A stretch of 64,000 nt of DNA from Candidatus Omnitrophota bacterium (GTDB taxonomy: Bacteria; Omnitrophota; Gorgyraeia; Gygaellales; Profunditerraquicolaceae): positions 12,325 to 76,324 of the forward strand of contig JBAZNT010000001.1 of NCBI GenBank assembly GCA_041649115.1, given 5' to 3'. This document shows, piece by piece, positions 36,381 through 44,729 of the stretch. The notes under the pieces were generated by a model that made no database searches, was not told the DNA's origin, and saw only the letters and a program-made list of their open reading frames with translations. Position 1 is the stretch's first letter. Every line of letters starts with the position of its first letter. The position numbers and the translations under genes are program-made.

Positions 36381-36986
36381 GTGCGTACTTTCAAGGTGCC
36401 CTGGGTAACGCGGATTGCTGAAAAAAAAGACCCCTACCGCGTTCTGGTTTCATGCATCCTGAGCTTAAGGACAAAGGATAAGACCACGGCTGAGGCAAGC
36501 TTCAGGTTGTTTAGGGAGGCGGATAGTCCTGCCCGTATGCTCGCTCTTAAAAAATCCAGCATATCCAGGCTTATATATCCGGTGGGGTTTTACCGTAATA
36601 AGGCAGGATATATCAGGGGGTTGAGCTTTCAGATTATCGCTGATTTCGGCGGAAAGGTCCCGGATAATTTAGATGACCTCCTGAAGCTCAAGGGGGTTGG
36701 CAGGAAGACCGCTAATCTGGTCCTGGGGCTGGGCTATGGCATAGCTGCTATTTGCGTGGATACTCACGTGCATCGCATCTCAAACCGTCTTGGCTGGGTA
36801 AAGACGTTGACTCCCGGAGATACGGAATTTGCGTTGATGAAGATTCTGCCACGCAGGTACTGGATTGAGTTGAATACGCTTTTGGTCGCTTTTGGACAGC
36901 ATATCTGCCTTCCGGTTTCTCCGTTATGCAGCCGCTGCCGCGTTAGCGGATTATGCCCTAAAAAAGGAGTCAAGCAACGGCGCTAA
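36381..36986 (+). CDS. nth: endonuclease III (HhH-GPD with Fe-S cluster loop)
   Basis: [63 protein letters not shown] start. Confidence 0.85.
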   Translation: MRTFKVPWVTRIAEKKDPYRVLVSCILSLRTKDKTTAEASFRLFREADSPARMLALKKSSISRLIYPVGFYRNKAGYIRGLSFQIIADFGGKVPDNLDDLLKLKGVGRKTANLVLGLGYGIAAICVDTHVHRISNRLGWVKTLTPGDTEFALMKILPRRYWIELNTLLVAFGQHICLPVSPLCSRCRVSGLCPKKGVKQRR

Positions 36987-37052
36987 TGGGTTAAAGCCCT
37001 TGCCAGGGCGAGGTTACCTGTAGTAGAATAAGAGGACCTATGCGTAAATCAT

Positions 37053-37568
37053 ATGCTTAATCGCGAAGAATTAGAAAGTTTAATAGTAAAGGACAAGCTC
37101 GTCGAGGGGTACATAGAACTCAAGACGCAGCTTACTCCCAATGGTTTTGACCTCACCGCAGAGAAGATATTCGAATTTGAGGAGGCAGGCGTATTGGACT
37201 TTTCTAATAAGGAGCGCCGTCTCCCCCGGGGGCGTGAGCTCATTCCCCAGAAATCCGCAGCAGAAGACAAATTCGGCTGGTGGGATTTAAAAAAGGGTAT
37301 ATATAAGGTAAGGACGAATGAAGTAGTAAATATGCCTTGTGACCTGGCAGGCCTGGCTTTTACGCGCACTTCATTATTAAGGATGGGGGTTTTTACCCAG
37401 CATGGGGTTTGGGACGCCGGGTTCCGCGGTAAGAGCGAATTCGTCTTAGTAATAGATAACCCTAAGGGCGCTAGAATCAAACAAAACGCCAGGGTGGCGC
37501 AGATGGTTTTCTTAAGGATTAACGAGACGCAAGAGGGCTACCAAGGCATCTACAACAACATAAAGTAG
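37053..37568 (+). CDS. dCTP deaminase / dUTPase-superfamily protein
   Basis: 171 aa with LTPNGFDLT and VWDAGFRGKSEFVLVIDNPKGARIKQNARVAQMVF, a typical Dcd/Dut beta-barrel family pattern. I cannot separate the deaminase and dUTPase subfamilies by eye. Confidence 0.7.
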   Translation: MLNREELESLIVKDKLVEGYIELKTQLTPNGFDLTAEKIFEFEEAGVLDFSNKERRLPRGRELIPQKSAAEDKFGWWDLKKGIYKVRTNEVVNMPCDLAGLAFTRTSLLRMGVFTQHGVWDAGFRGKSEFVLVIDNPKGARIKQNARVAQMVFLRINETQEGYQGIYNNIK

Positions 37569-37641
37569 GGACGGTTCTGAACTCAAAGCTAAAGCGTCCC
37601 TTTTAAGGGGACGGGTTTAGTTCACCTTGAGAACCGCCCCT
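37566..37641. repeat. nested-hairpin intergenic repeat, copy 2
   Basis: TAGGGACGGTTCTGAACTCAAAGCTAAAGCGTCCCTTTTAAGGGGACGGGTTTAGTTCACCTTGAGAACCGCCCCT. Its first three bases are the TAG stop of the dcd-like gene. Confidence 0.9.
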
Positions 37642-37656
37642 GACTGAAGAGGGGAT

Positions 37657-38613
37657 ATGGTTATAAAGGATACGGAGATTAAGATTGTGCAGGGTGATAT
37701 CACGGCATTGAAGGTTGATGCTATCGTCAATGCCGCCAATAATAAGCTGCTGATGGGCGGCGGGGTTGCCGGGGCGATTAAAAGAAGAGGCGGCAAGATC
37801 ATTGAAGAAGAGGCAATAAACAAAGGCCCCATCAAGATAGGGGAAGCGGCGGTTACCTCTGCTGGAACGCTCCCTGTCAGATTCGTGATACATGCCGCAA
37901 CCATGGGCATGGATTTTAAAACCGACGAGATAAAAATAAGGGATTCTGCCAGAAGCGCATTGAAGGCAGCCGAAGAGCTGAAAATAAATTCTATTGCCTT
38001 TCCGGCGCTCGGCTGCGGAGTGGGTGGGTTTCCTCTTTTGGCTTCAGCCAAGATTATGGCCCAGGAGGTACTCAGGCACTTACGCAGCACAGACACTAGC
38101 TTACGGGAGATTCTTTTTTGTCTTTATGATAAAGAGGCCTTTGATATTTTTGACAAAGGAGTAATCGGTTACCTGGATTACGTAACACATAAGCTCGCAG
38201 CAGGGCCATTTCTTACCGTAGATGCTATTATCGAGATAGCGGAAGCGGGGAAAGAGCCGGGCATCATTATTATCCGGCGCAGCAATCCTCCTTTTGGCTG
38301 GGCATTGCCAGGCGGATTCGTGGATTACGGGGAGAGCCTGGAGGATGCCGTTAAAAGGGAAGCCAGGGAGGAAACCGGCATGGACTTGTCCGATATCCGC
38401 CAACTGCATACATATTCCGATCCCTCCCGCGACCCGCGGTTTCATACCGTATGCACGGTATTTATTGCCAAAGGTAACGGTAAACCCAGGGCAGGGGACG
38501 ACGCAGCAGATTTAAGGGTGATTAAATTGAGCGAAATCAAAAAAATCAATTTTGCCTTTGACCACGCTAAAATTCTGCAGGATTATCTGTCTTGCGTGGG
38601 ATACCCCCTTTAA
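37657..38613 (+). CDS. fusion: macro domain (ADP-ribose binding/hydrolase) + Nudix hydrolase
   Basis: The N-terminus has [30 protein letters not shown] and [11 protein letters not shown]. The C-terminus has the Nudix box [23 protein letters not shown]. Confidence 0.85.
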   Translation: MVIKDTEIKIVQGDITALKVDAIVNAANNKLLMGGGVAGAIKRRGGKIIEEEAINKGPIKIGEAAVTSAGTLPVRFVIHAATMGMDFKTDEIKIRDSARSALKAAEELKINSIAFPALGCGVGGFPLLASAKIMAQEVLRHLRSTDTSLREILFCLYDKEAFDIFDKGVIGYLDYVTHKLAAGPFLTVDAIIEIAEAGKEPGIIIIRRSNPPFGWALPGGFVDYGESLEDAVKREAREETGMDLSDIRQLHTYSDPSRDPRFHTVCTVFIAKGNGKPRAGDDAADLRVIKLSEIKKINFAFDHAKILQDYLSCVGYPL

Positions 38614-38748
38614 TAGCAATAAAAAGAAAGCCCTTTCTTAGATGTAGCTACCCGCATTGAAAACCACGATATAATAAGTTATACTTGTAGTAACAATACA
38701 CATAAGCATTTCCTGGCTATAAAAGCCACGAATTTTAAAGAAGGATAG

Positions 38749-38778
38749 TCGCGTTGCGCGGCAACGCGATTTTTTATT
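38749..38778 (+). terminator. rho-independent terminator
   Basis: 9-bp GC-rich stem TCGCGTTGC/GCAACGCGA with loop GCG, followed by TTTTTTATTT. Confidence 0.8.
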
Positions 38779-38825
38779 TGCCGTTTCATTAAAGAGATTA
38801 ATAAAATTTGGAAAAGGAGCGGGAC

Positions 38826-39416
38826 ATGAAAAATAAAATGGTGCTGATATTGGCGTTATGTATTGTTTTTACAGGGGCAGCATCCTCTTTGCTCTGGGCC
38901 AAGCCGGCAGAGGTCGCAGATACAGGCGGCATAGCAACGATGCCGGTCTATAGTCCGAGTCTTGGCGTTACGATTCCGGCGATACAAAAGACAGGGGAGA
39001 CGGACATAAAAGTGCAGGAAATATCTTCTTCTCAGCAAGGGCAGGGCAATGGCACCATCGAGGTCGGGGATACGGTAGTTTTTGACGGGGACTTTACGTA
39101 TTATACCCGCAATGAAAACCCCATAAACAATTACGGAGGAGCTTATGTACAGGCACAGACTCCTATTCCGGAAGGGACTACCTTCGAAGTGGTTTCGATG
39201 GGCAGCTATACCGTTTCTAATTTTCAATACGAAGGCAAGAACCTTCTGACAGATATGTTCGTGGAATTAGGGATCGGTTACCAGCAGATTGAGCTTAAGG
39301 TTCTGGACGGTCCGATGGCCGGACAGACGGTTTATGGTTTGGCGCTCACAAATGATTTTGTGGGTTTCGTGGCGGGTTTAGTCACCGACGCCCCTACGAT
39401 GTCGGAAGCAAAATAA
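38826..39416 (+). CDS. hypothetical secreted protein
   Basis: SD AAGGAG plus ATG at 38826 and signal peptide MKNKMVLILALCIVFTGAASSLLWA. I recognise no family. Confidence 0.6.
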   Translation: MKNKMVLILALCIVFTGAASSLLWAKPAEVADTGGIATMPVYSPSLGVTIPAIQKTGETDIKVQEISSSQQGQGNGTIEVGDTVVFDGDFTYYTRNENPINNYGGAYVQAQTPIPEGTTFEVVSMGSYTVSNFQYEGKNLLTDMFVELGIGYQQIELKVLDGPMAGQTVYGLALTNDFVGFVAGLVTDAPTMSEAK

Positions 39417-39476
39417 GACAGATCGGCACAAAAGAATGAAGAGCCGGCAGGATGCTTGACGGAATTCCATCGCGGT

Positions 39477-41354
39477 TTATCCTTCCCTCAGTTGTTTTTC
39501 CGCATCTACAATATCCCTGTTAATCACGCGTACCGTTTCTTTAATGCGTTCCTTTAAGACGTAGGAAGCTACCTGGGCGTCGTGGATTTCCCTAAGCACT
39601 TGTACGCTCATGCGAAAATAACGGATTACCTCTCCCTCGTCGGTATCCGTGTATTGGAGGATCTTATCGAAGCGCGTGCCCCTGAGCCAGGCCTCCATGC
39701 AGGGGCTTAGATGGAAATAAGGCTTTTTGCTGATAGGGTAAATGCGGTATTTACGTTCCCTTTCTTTTATCTCTTCGTATAATTCATCGCAGGCATTCCT
39801 GATATGGCGGCTGTTTTTGGAGATGTTGGATATGCGCTGGTTCTTGCGCGGCTCAAAGACAACCGCAGCAGCAAGGACCCCAAGCCCGAATTCATCAACC
39901 TGCTCCAGGACATTACGGCTGTAAAGCTCGCTCAATAGCAGCTCGTATCCGTAGACGTTCTTGGCAAATTGCCCTTTATCGGTGAGGTCTCTGTTTTGGA
40001 TATAACCTAATTCCTCCAGGAGATTCAATTTTGCCTGCATGAGCCTCAAGGCTTCTTTCTGTTCGTATTTCTTGGATTGGTAGTAATGCAGGGATGAGGG
40101 GTAAATGTCGAATATCCCCTCTTTGTGTTTTTCGTAAAGGTTGAGCACCGTAGCATAAGAGGTATTTAACTGGCTGCGCACTTCCTCGGGTGGGCTATAG
40201 ATAACCCGTTTTACCTCCTCAAATTTTAGGCGCAGAGGGTTTATGCGGCAGTAGACGAAGCCTTCCTTATCCATCCCGCGCCTGCCTGCGCGTCCCGCCA
40301 TCTGGTAAAAATCCCTGGTTTTAAGCGGCCGCACAAAACGACCGTAGTATTTGCGCAGGTCGTCGAAGATAACCGAACGGCTCGGCATATTTATCCCCAG
40401 CGCAAAGGTCTCGGTAGTGAATATGACCCGTAGTAGGCGGCTGGTAAAAAGCCTTTCGATTACTTCTTTAAGGGTAGGCAGCATGCCGGCATGGTGGTAT
40501 GCGACCCCCTTTTGAACCAAGGGCCTCATCTGGCCGGCAGATTTCTCGTGGGATAGTTCAAAGCGCCTGCAGAGATCGTCGTAATATTCCAGGATTTTCT
40601 CTTTCTCTGCAGTGTCGAGGAAATCGTGGCTATAGACTTCCGAGGCGAGGTCCTCGGCCCGCCGCCTGCCGAAGACAAAGTATATGCAGGGAAGGCCGTT
40701 TTTCTGCTGTACGTATCTAATCAGGGTAGCGAGCTTGTTGGGGCAGCCGTATTTTATTTTTTTAAAATCCGCGAGGTTATTCATTATCTCGTTGCGGCAC
40801 TGGTAGAGAAAATGCAGCGGCACCGGCCTTTTTTCTTCCGTTACGGTTTTGACTGGCCTGCTATGGATGCTTTCAATCCATGATGCAAATTCCCCGATGT
40901 TCGGGATGGTGGCAGAGAGGGCCAGTATATTCATGTGTTTGGGCAGGAATATCAGCGATTCCTCCCAGACAGTGCCGCGCTCCGGATTATCGATATAATG
41001 CACCTCGTCAAAAATAATCCATTCGTAAGCGGCCAGGCTCTCAGGTTCATCGAGGACCTTGTTGCGGAATATCTCGGTAGTCATAATCAGGACCGGCGCA
41101 TGCGGGTTTAGCGAGACGTCCCCCGTTAATATTCCGATATTGTCTCCGTATTCTGCCTGGAAATCGCGGAATTTCTGGTTGGAGAGAGCCTTGATAGGCG
41201 CAGTGTAGATTACTCCGGCTTGCTTTTTAATGCAGGTGGTTATGACGTGCTCGGCAATGGCGGTTTTGCCGGCCCCCGTAGGCGCAGATACGATTACCGA
41301 AAGCCCGTCGTTAATATGATCAATTGCTTCTTGCTGGAATCTGTCGTAAATCAT
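39477..41354 (-). CDS. Ski2/Mtr4/HelY-like superfamily-2 helicase with DSHCT-like C-terminus
   Basis: Helicase motifs APTGAGKT, DEVH (FDEVHYI), SAT, HHAGMLP and QMAGRAGRRG. The C-terminal WLRGTRFDKILQYTDTDEGEVIRYFRMSVQVLREI resembles the DSHCT domain. Confidence 0.82.
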   Translation of the reverse strand: MIYDRFQQEAIDHINDGLSVIVSAPTGAGKTAIAEHVITTCIKKQAGVIYTAPIKALSNQKFRDFQAEYGDNIGILTGDVSLNPHAPVLIMTTEIFRNKVLDEPESLAAYEWIIFDEVHYIDNPERGTVWEESLIFLPKHMNILALSATIPNIGEFASWIESIHSRPVKTVTEEKRPVPLHFLYQCRNEIMNNLADFKKIKYGCPNKLATLIRYVQQKNGLPCIYFVFGRRRAEDLASEVYSHDFLDTAEKEKILEYYDDLCRRFELSHEKSAGQMRPLVQKGVAYHHAGMLPTLKEVIERLFTSRLLRVIFTTETFALGINMPSRSVIFDDLRKYYGRFVRPLKTRDFYQMAGRAGRRGMDKEGFVYCRINPLRLKFEEVKRVIYSPPEEVRSQLNTSYATVLNLYEKHKEGIFDIYPSSLHYYQSKKYEQKEALRLMQAKLNLLEELGYIQNRDLTDKGQFAKNVYGYELLLSELYSRNVLEQVDEFGLGVLAAAVVFEPRKNQRISNISKNSRHIRNACDELYEEIKERERKYRIYPISKKPYFHLSPCMEAWLRGTRFDKILQYTDTDEGEVIRYFRMSVQVLREIHDAQVASYVLKERIKETVRVINRDIVDAEKQLREG

Positions 41355-41357
41355 TTG

Positions 41358-41435
41358 TAGGGAGGGTTCTTAAGGTGAACTAAGCCCGTCCCCTTAAAAG
41401 GGACACTTTAGCTTTGAGTTCAGAACCGTCCCCTA
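41358..41435. repeat. nested-hairpin intergenic repeat, copy 3 (reverse complement of copy 2)
   Basis: TAGGGAGGGTTCTTAAGGTGAACTAAGCCCGTCCCCTTAAAAGGGACACTTTAGCTTTGAGTTCAGAACCGTCCCCTA. It begins 3 nt from the helicase start codon. Confidence 0.9.
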
Positions 41436-41488
41436 TATTATAATCTAAATTGTTGATTTATCTATCTAAAAATACTACAATAGTGGGC

Positions 41489-42040
41489 ATGGGCTATGAG
41501 ACAGCCTTAAGCAAGGGCTGGGGCGAACTTCAGAAAGCCGGTTTTTCTCAGGATAACACTATTAGATTTCTAGCGCAAGAGTATGCCCTGAATTTTGACT
41601 CGCGCAGGGTGATGTCTTTGTCTTCTAACGCGCCAGCCAATGATATTGCGGCAATTTTGATTTTACATTACCTGGCAGCCGCTTCCCGCGGGATGCCGCC
41701 TCTTAAGCGTCATTGGGTTTCATTCAAGGAATTGGCGGGGATAGAGGGGTATTCCGCGGCTTTCCATAAGCGCGCCATCGAACCGATACTGCGTAAATAC
41801 GGCGATAGCCCTGAAAGCTTATGGGGCGCATTGGAAAGATTGCCCGGCCAGAGATCTTCCGAGGCGGACGCAGGCATCATCCTTGAAGTATTTAAAGGGG
41901 TACCGGCGATGATTTTGCTCTGGGGTTCTGATGAGGAATTTACCCCCGCAGCAGCCATGCTTTTTGACGCCGGCATCAAAGATGTTTTTTGTACCGAGGA
42001 TATCGCGGTCCTGGCAGGGGTTATTGCCAGCGCGCTTTAG
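41489..42040 (+). CDS. hypothetical protein, possibly DUF3786-like
   Basis: 183 aa. The pattern YETALSKGW...ILILHYL...FKELAGIEGY...ILLWGSDEEFTPAAAMLFD resembles my recollection of DUF3786. This is unverified. Confidence 0.45.
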   Translation: MGYETALSKGWGELQKAGFSQDNTIRFLAQEYALNFDSRRVMSLSSNAPANDIAAILILHYLAAASRGMPPLKRHWVSFKELAGIEGYSAAFHKRAIEPILRKYGDSPESLWGALERLPGQRSSEADAGIILEVFKGVPAMILLWGSDEEFTPAAAMLFDAGIKDVFCTEDIAVLAGVIASAL

Positions 42041-42056
42041 AAAAGGGAGGATAGGG

Positions 42057-42620
42057 GTGAAAAGGGTAAGCGTTGTCATTTCCGTTATTCTATTGCTGTT
42101 GACAGTTGCTTTTATCTTTGCATCCGATGAGCCGTTTAAAATTTATAGCAGCGGGGACGGCAAACTCAGCATCCCTTTCGGTAAAGCTTACAATTACTCC
42201 GACATCTATGTCAGGAGGGTCATTGACGGAGATACCATCCAGTTAGAGGACGGGCAACGGGTGCGGTTTATCGGCATTGATACGCCGGAGATGCACGAGT
42301 CTGATAAGCTTTACCGTGACAGCGAGCGGACCGGCCAGGATGTCAAGGCTATCAAAAAGATGGGGCAGCGTTCCTATGAGTTTACCAGGAAGCTGGTGGA
42401 GGGTAAGCGCGTCGGCCTTGAATTTGACGCTGAAAAATACGACAAATACAACAGGCTCCTGGCATATGTTTATTTAAAAGACGGCACATTTGTCAACGCC
42501 GAGATTATCAAAGAGGGCTACGCTTCGCTTCTAACCATACCGCCTAACGTCAGGTATGCGGATTTATTTTCCAAACTTTACCGCCAGGCCCGCGAGGACA
42601 AGCGCGGCCTTTGGCGGTAG
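42057..42620 (+). CDS. thermonuclease (staphylococcal nuclease homologue), secreted or membrane-anchored
   Basis: GTG start after GGGAGG, then an N-terminal hydrophobic helix. Motifs VIDGDTI, VRFIGIDTPE, YNRLLAYVY, ARE..RGLW. Confidence 0.85.
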   Translation: MKRVSVVISVILLLLTVAFIFASDEPFKIYSSGDGKLSIPFGKAYNYSDIYVRRVIDGDTIQLEDGQRVRFIGIDTPEMHESDKLYRDSERTGQDVKAIKKMGQRSYEFTRKLVEGKRVGLEFDAEKYDKYNRLLAYVYLKDGTFVNAEIIKEGYASLLTIPPNVRYADLFSKLYRQAREDKRGLWR

Positions 42621-42628
42621 TCAGTCAA

Positions 42629-42706
42629 GAGGGACGGTTCTTGGGGTGAAGCTAACCTGTCCCCTTGTTGAGGGACAGGTTAGCTTTGAGTTCAGAACCG
42701 TCCCTA
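42629..42706. repeat. nested-hairpin intergenic repeat, copy 4 (most symmetric copy)
   Basis: Outer stem GGGACGGTTCT/AGAACCGTCCC, inner 14-bp stem AGCTAACCTGTCCC/GGGACAGGTTAGCT, loop CTTGTTGA. It starts 9 nt after the thermonuclease stop. Confidence 0.92.
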
Positions 42707-42735
42707 ACTAAAAAGGGCTAAAAAGGGAGGTATTT

Positions 42736-43776
42736 ATGTTGAGATTTTTATCTGCAGGTGAATCGCACGGCAAAGGTATCCTGGCGATACTGGATGGCAT
42801 ACCTGCTGGCTTACGGCTGGAGGAGGCTTACATTAACGCGGAATTGAAACGCCGCCAGGCCGGATTTGGCCGCGGCAGGCGCATGAGCATTGAGAGTGAC
42901 CGCGCCGAAATCATCTCGGGCCTTAAGCACAATATTACCTTGGCAAGCCCCCTGGCGATACTTGTCAGGAATAAGGATTTTAGTATTGAAAAGATGCCCG
43001 GGGTATTTTCCGCCCGGCCGGGGCATGCGGATTTGGCAGGGTTTTTAAAATACGGATTTAGCGATATCCGCGAGGTTCTGGAGCGTGCCTCGGCGCGCAG
43101 CACCGTAGCAACGGTAGCTGCGGGCGCAGTATGCAAGAGGTTTTTGAGTGAGTTTGACATCGGACTTAGCAGCAAGGCACTTTCCATAGGAGACGAGGCG
43201 ACGCCCATACGGATGAAGAGAAAAATCCAAGAGGCGATTAAAAGGAAGGATACCGTAGGCGGGATATTTGAAGTGACAGCCTCTTTTGTGCCGCCGGGCC
43301 TGGGCAGTTATGTCCAGGCTGACCGGCGGCTTGATGCAAGGCTGGCTGCGGCAGTAATGGCAATCCCCGGCGTTAAGGCAGTCGGTTTTGGCTTGGGGTT
43401 TGGCTACGCCAGGTATTTCGGCTCCGAGGTGCACGACCCCATTTATTACAATAGAAGCAGGGGGTATCTACGCAGGACCAACAACGCCGGAGGTATTGAA
43501 GGCGGGATATCAAACGGAAGCAGCGTAGTGCTGCGCGCCTGCATGAAGCCCATCTCCACGCTGCTTAAGCCGTTAGATTCGGTCAACCTTATCAACAGAC
43601 GCGCCAGTAAGGCCAGTATTGAGCGTTCGGATATCTGCGTAGTTGAGGCGGCGGGGGTAGTGGCGGAGTCTGCCGCAGCCCTGGTATTAGCCGATGCGTT
43701 TATTGAGAAATTCGGAAGCGATTCCTTAAAGGATATAAAGGAAAGCTACCGGCGTTACCTTAAAAGAATACGTTAG
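42736..43776 (+). CDS. aroC: chorismate synthase
   Basis: FLSAGESHGKG, RRQAGFGRG, RPGHADL, ERASARST, NNAGGIEGGISNG. Confidence 0.93.
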   Translation: MLRFLSAGESHGKGILAILDGIPAGLRLEEAYINAELKRRQAGFGRGRRMSIESDRAEIISGLKHNITLASPLAILVRNKDFSIEKMPGVFSARPGHADLAGFLKYGFSDIREVLERASARSTVATVAAGAVCKRFLSEFDIGLSSKALSIGDEATPIRMKRKIQEAIKRKDTVGGIFEVTASFVPPGLGSYVQADRRLDARLAAAVMAIPGVKAVGFGLGFGYARYFGSEVHDPIYYNRSRGYLRRTNNAGGIEGGISNGSSVVLRACMKPISTLLKPLDSVNLINRRASKASIERSDICVVEAAGVVAESAAALVLADAFIEKFGSDSLKDIKESYRRYLKRIR

Positions 43777-43813
43777 AAACCCCTGCTTCCTTCGTCTATT
43801 AACGCAGAAGGAG

Positions 43814-44077
43814 GTGATTAAAGTGGAGGGAGCGGATTTAAAGGTAGTGCGGCTTTACCGCCTGGAAGGAGATTCCAAGACCAAGGCCTTTGCGGATATA
43901 GCGATAGGCGACTTTATCGTTAAAGGCCTGAAGGTCCTGGAGGGTAAAAACGGGCTGTTCCTCGGAATGCCGCAGGAGAAGGCTAAAGACGGAAGATGGT
44001 ACAATGCCTTTTACCCTGCAACGAAAGAGGCGCGCCTTAGCCTTACGGACGCGGTTTTAGCCGCTTACCAGAGTTAG
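43814..44077 (+). CDS. spoVG: SpoVG family protein
   Basis: The pattern KAFADIAIGDFIVKGLKVLEGKNGLFLGMPQEK..DGRWYNAFYPATKEARLSLTDAVLAAY matches SpoVG. The start is uncertain (GTG 43814 or 43823). Confidence 0.85.
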   Translation: MIKVEGADLKVVRLYRLEGDSKTKAFADIAIGDFIVKGLKVLEGKNGLFLGMPQEKAKDGRWYNAFYPATKEARLSLTDAVLAAYQS

Positions 44078-44177
44078 GGTCAAGCCCCGCCTCAAAAGCG
44101 GGGCTTAAAATAACACAGTAACTTTCCTGCCTGGTTGGAAGGCCGAGGCGGTGGGGCCTGCCGGAAAGATGAGAGGC

Positions 44178-44729
44178 ATGAATAACATTTATTTAGTGGG
44201 TTTTATGGCTACCGGTAAAACAGCGGTAGGCAAAGAGCTTGCCCGCAGGAAAAAATTGTGTTTTATCGACCTGGATGAGCTGATTGAGCTTAAGACAGGC
44301 AGGCCCATCAGTGATATCTTTGCAAAGAAAGGCGAGCTTTATTTCCGCAAATTGGAAAAAGAGATTTTAAAAGAGGTCGCGAGGGAGAATAATTTTGTGG
44401 TTGCCTGCGGAGGCGGTATCGTTATAGATGAAGAGAATATTGCTATCATGAAAGGAACGGGAAGCGTTATCTGCCTGAGCGCCCAGCCAGGGGTGATTTT
44501 AAAGAGGACGGCGGGATTCAGCCATCGCCCCCTCTTGAACGTCAAAAACCCTCAAAGGCAGATAGAATTATTGCTTAAGCTGCGCGCCCCTTATTACAGC
44601 AGGGCTGATAAGATTTTGGATACTTCCAGATTGACGGTAAAGGGAGCGGCGGGAAAGATCCTGGGGATGATTAAGCCGCCTAAGCCCGCCGGACACAAGA
44701 AGAGCGGCAGGAGCAAACAGCGCAGATGA
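44178..44729 (+). CDS. aroK: shikimate kinase
   Basis: IYLVGFMATGKTAVG (P-loop), DLD, ACGGG. The ATG at 44169 is an equally possible start. Confidence 0.88.
   Translation: MNNIYLVGFMATGKTAVGKELARRKKLCFIDLDELIELKTGRPISDIFAKKGELYFRKLEKEILKEVARENNFVVACGGGIVIDEENIAIMKGTGSVICLSAQPGVILKRTAGFSHRPLLNVKNPQRQIELLLKLRAPYYSRADKILDTSRLTVKGAAGKILGMIKPPKPAGHKKSGRSKQRR

Noticed and set aside
37053-37568. The dCTP-deaminase-family gene might be a dNTP-depletion anti-phage defence gene.
   Set aside because: It is only 171 aa, a bare Dcd/Dut barrel without the extra N-terminal domain I recall for defensive dCTP deaminases. It also sits in a nucleotide-metabolism context (dCMP deaminase, nrdR, nth), so a housekeeping role is more parsimonious.
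44082-44106. A GC-rich hairpin (AAGCCCCGC/GCGGGGCTT) lies after spoVG and could be a terminator.
   Set aside because: It is followed by A-rich rather than T-rich sequence on the + strand, so it is not a canonical intrinsic terminator. It may still be an RNA-stabilising stem.
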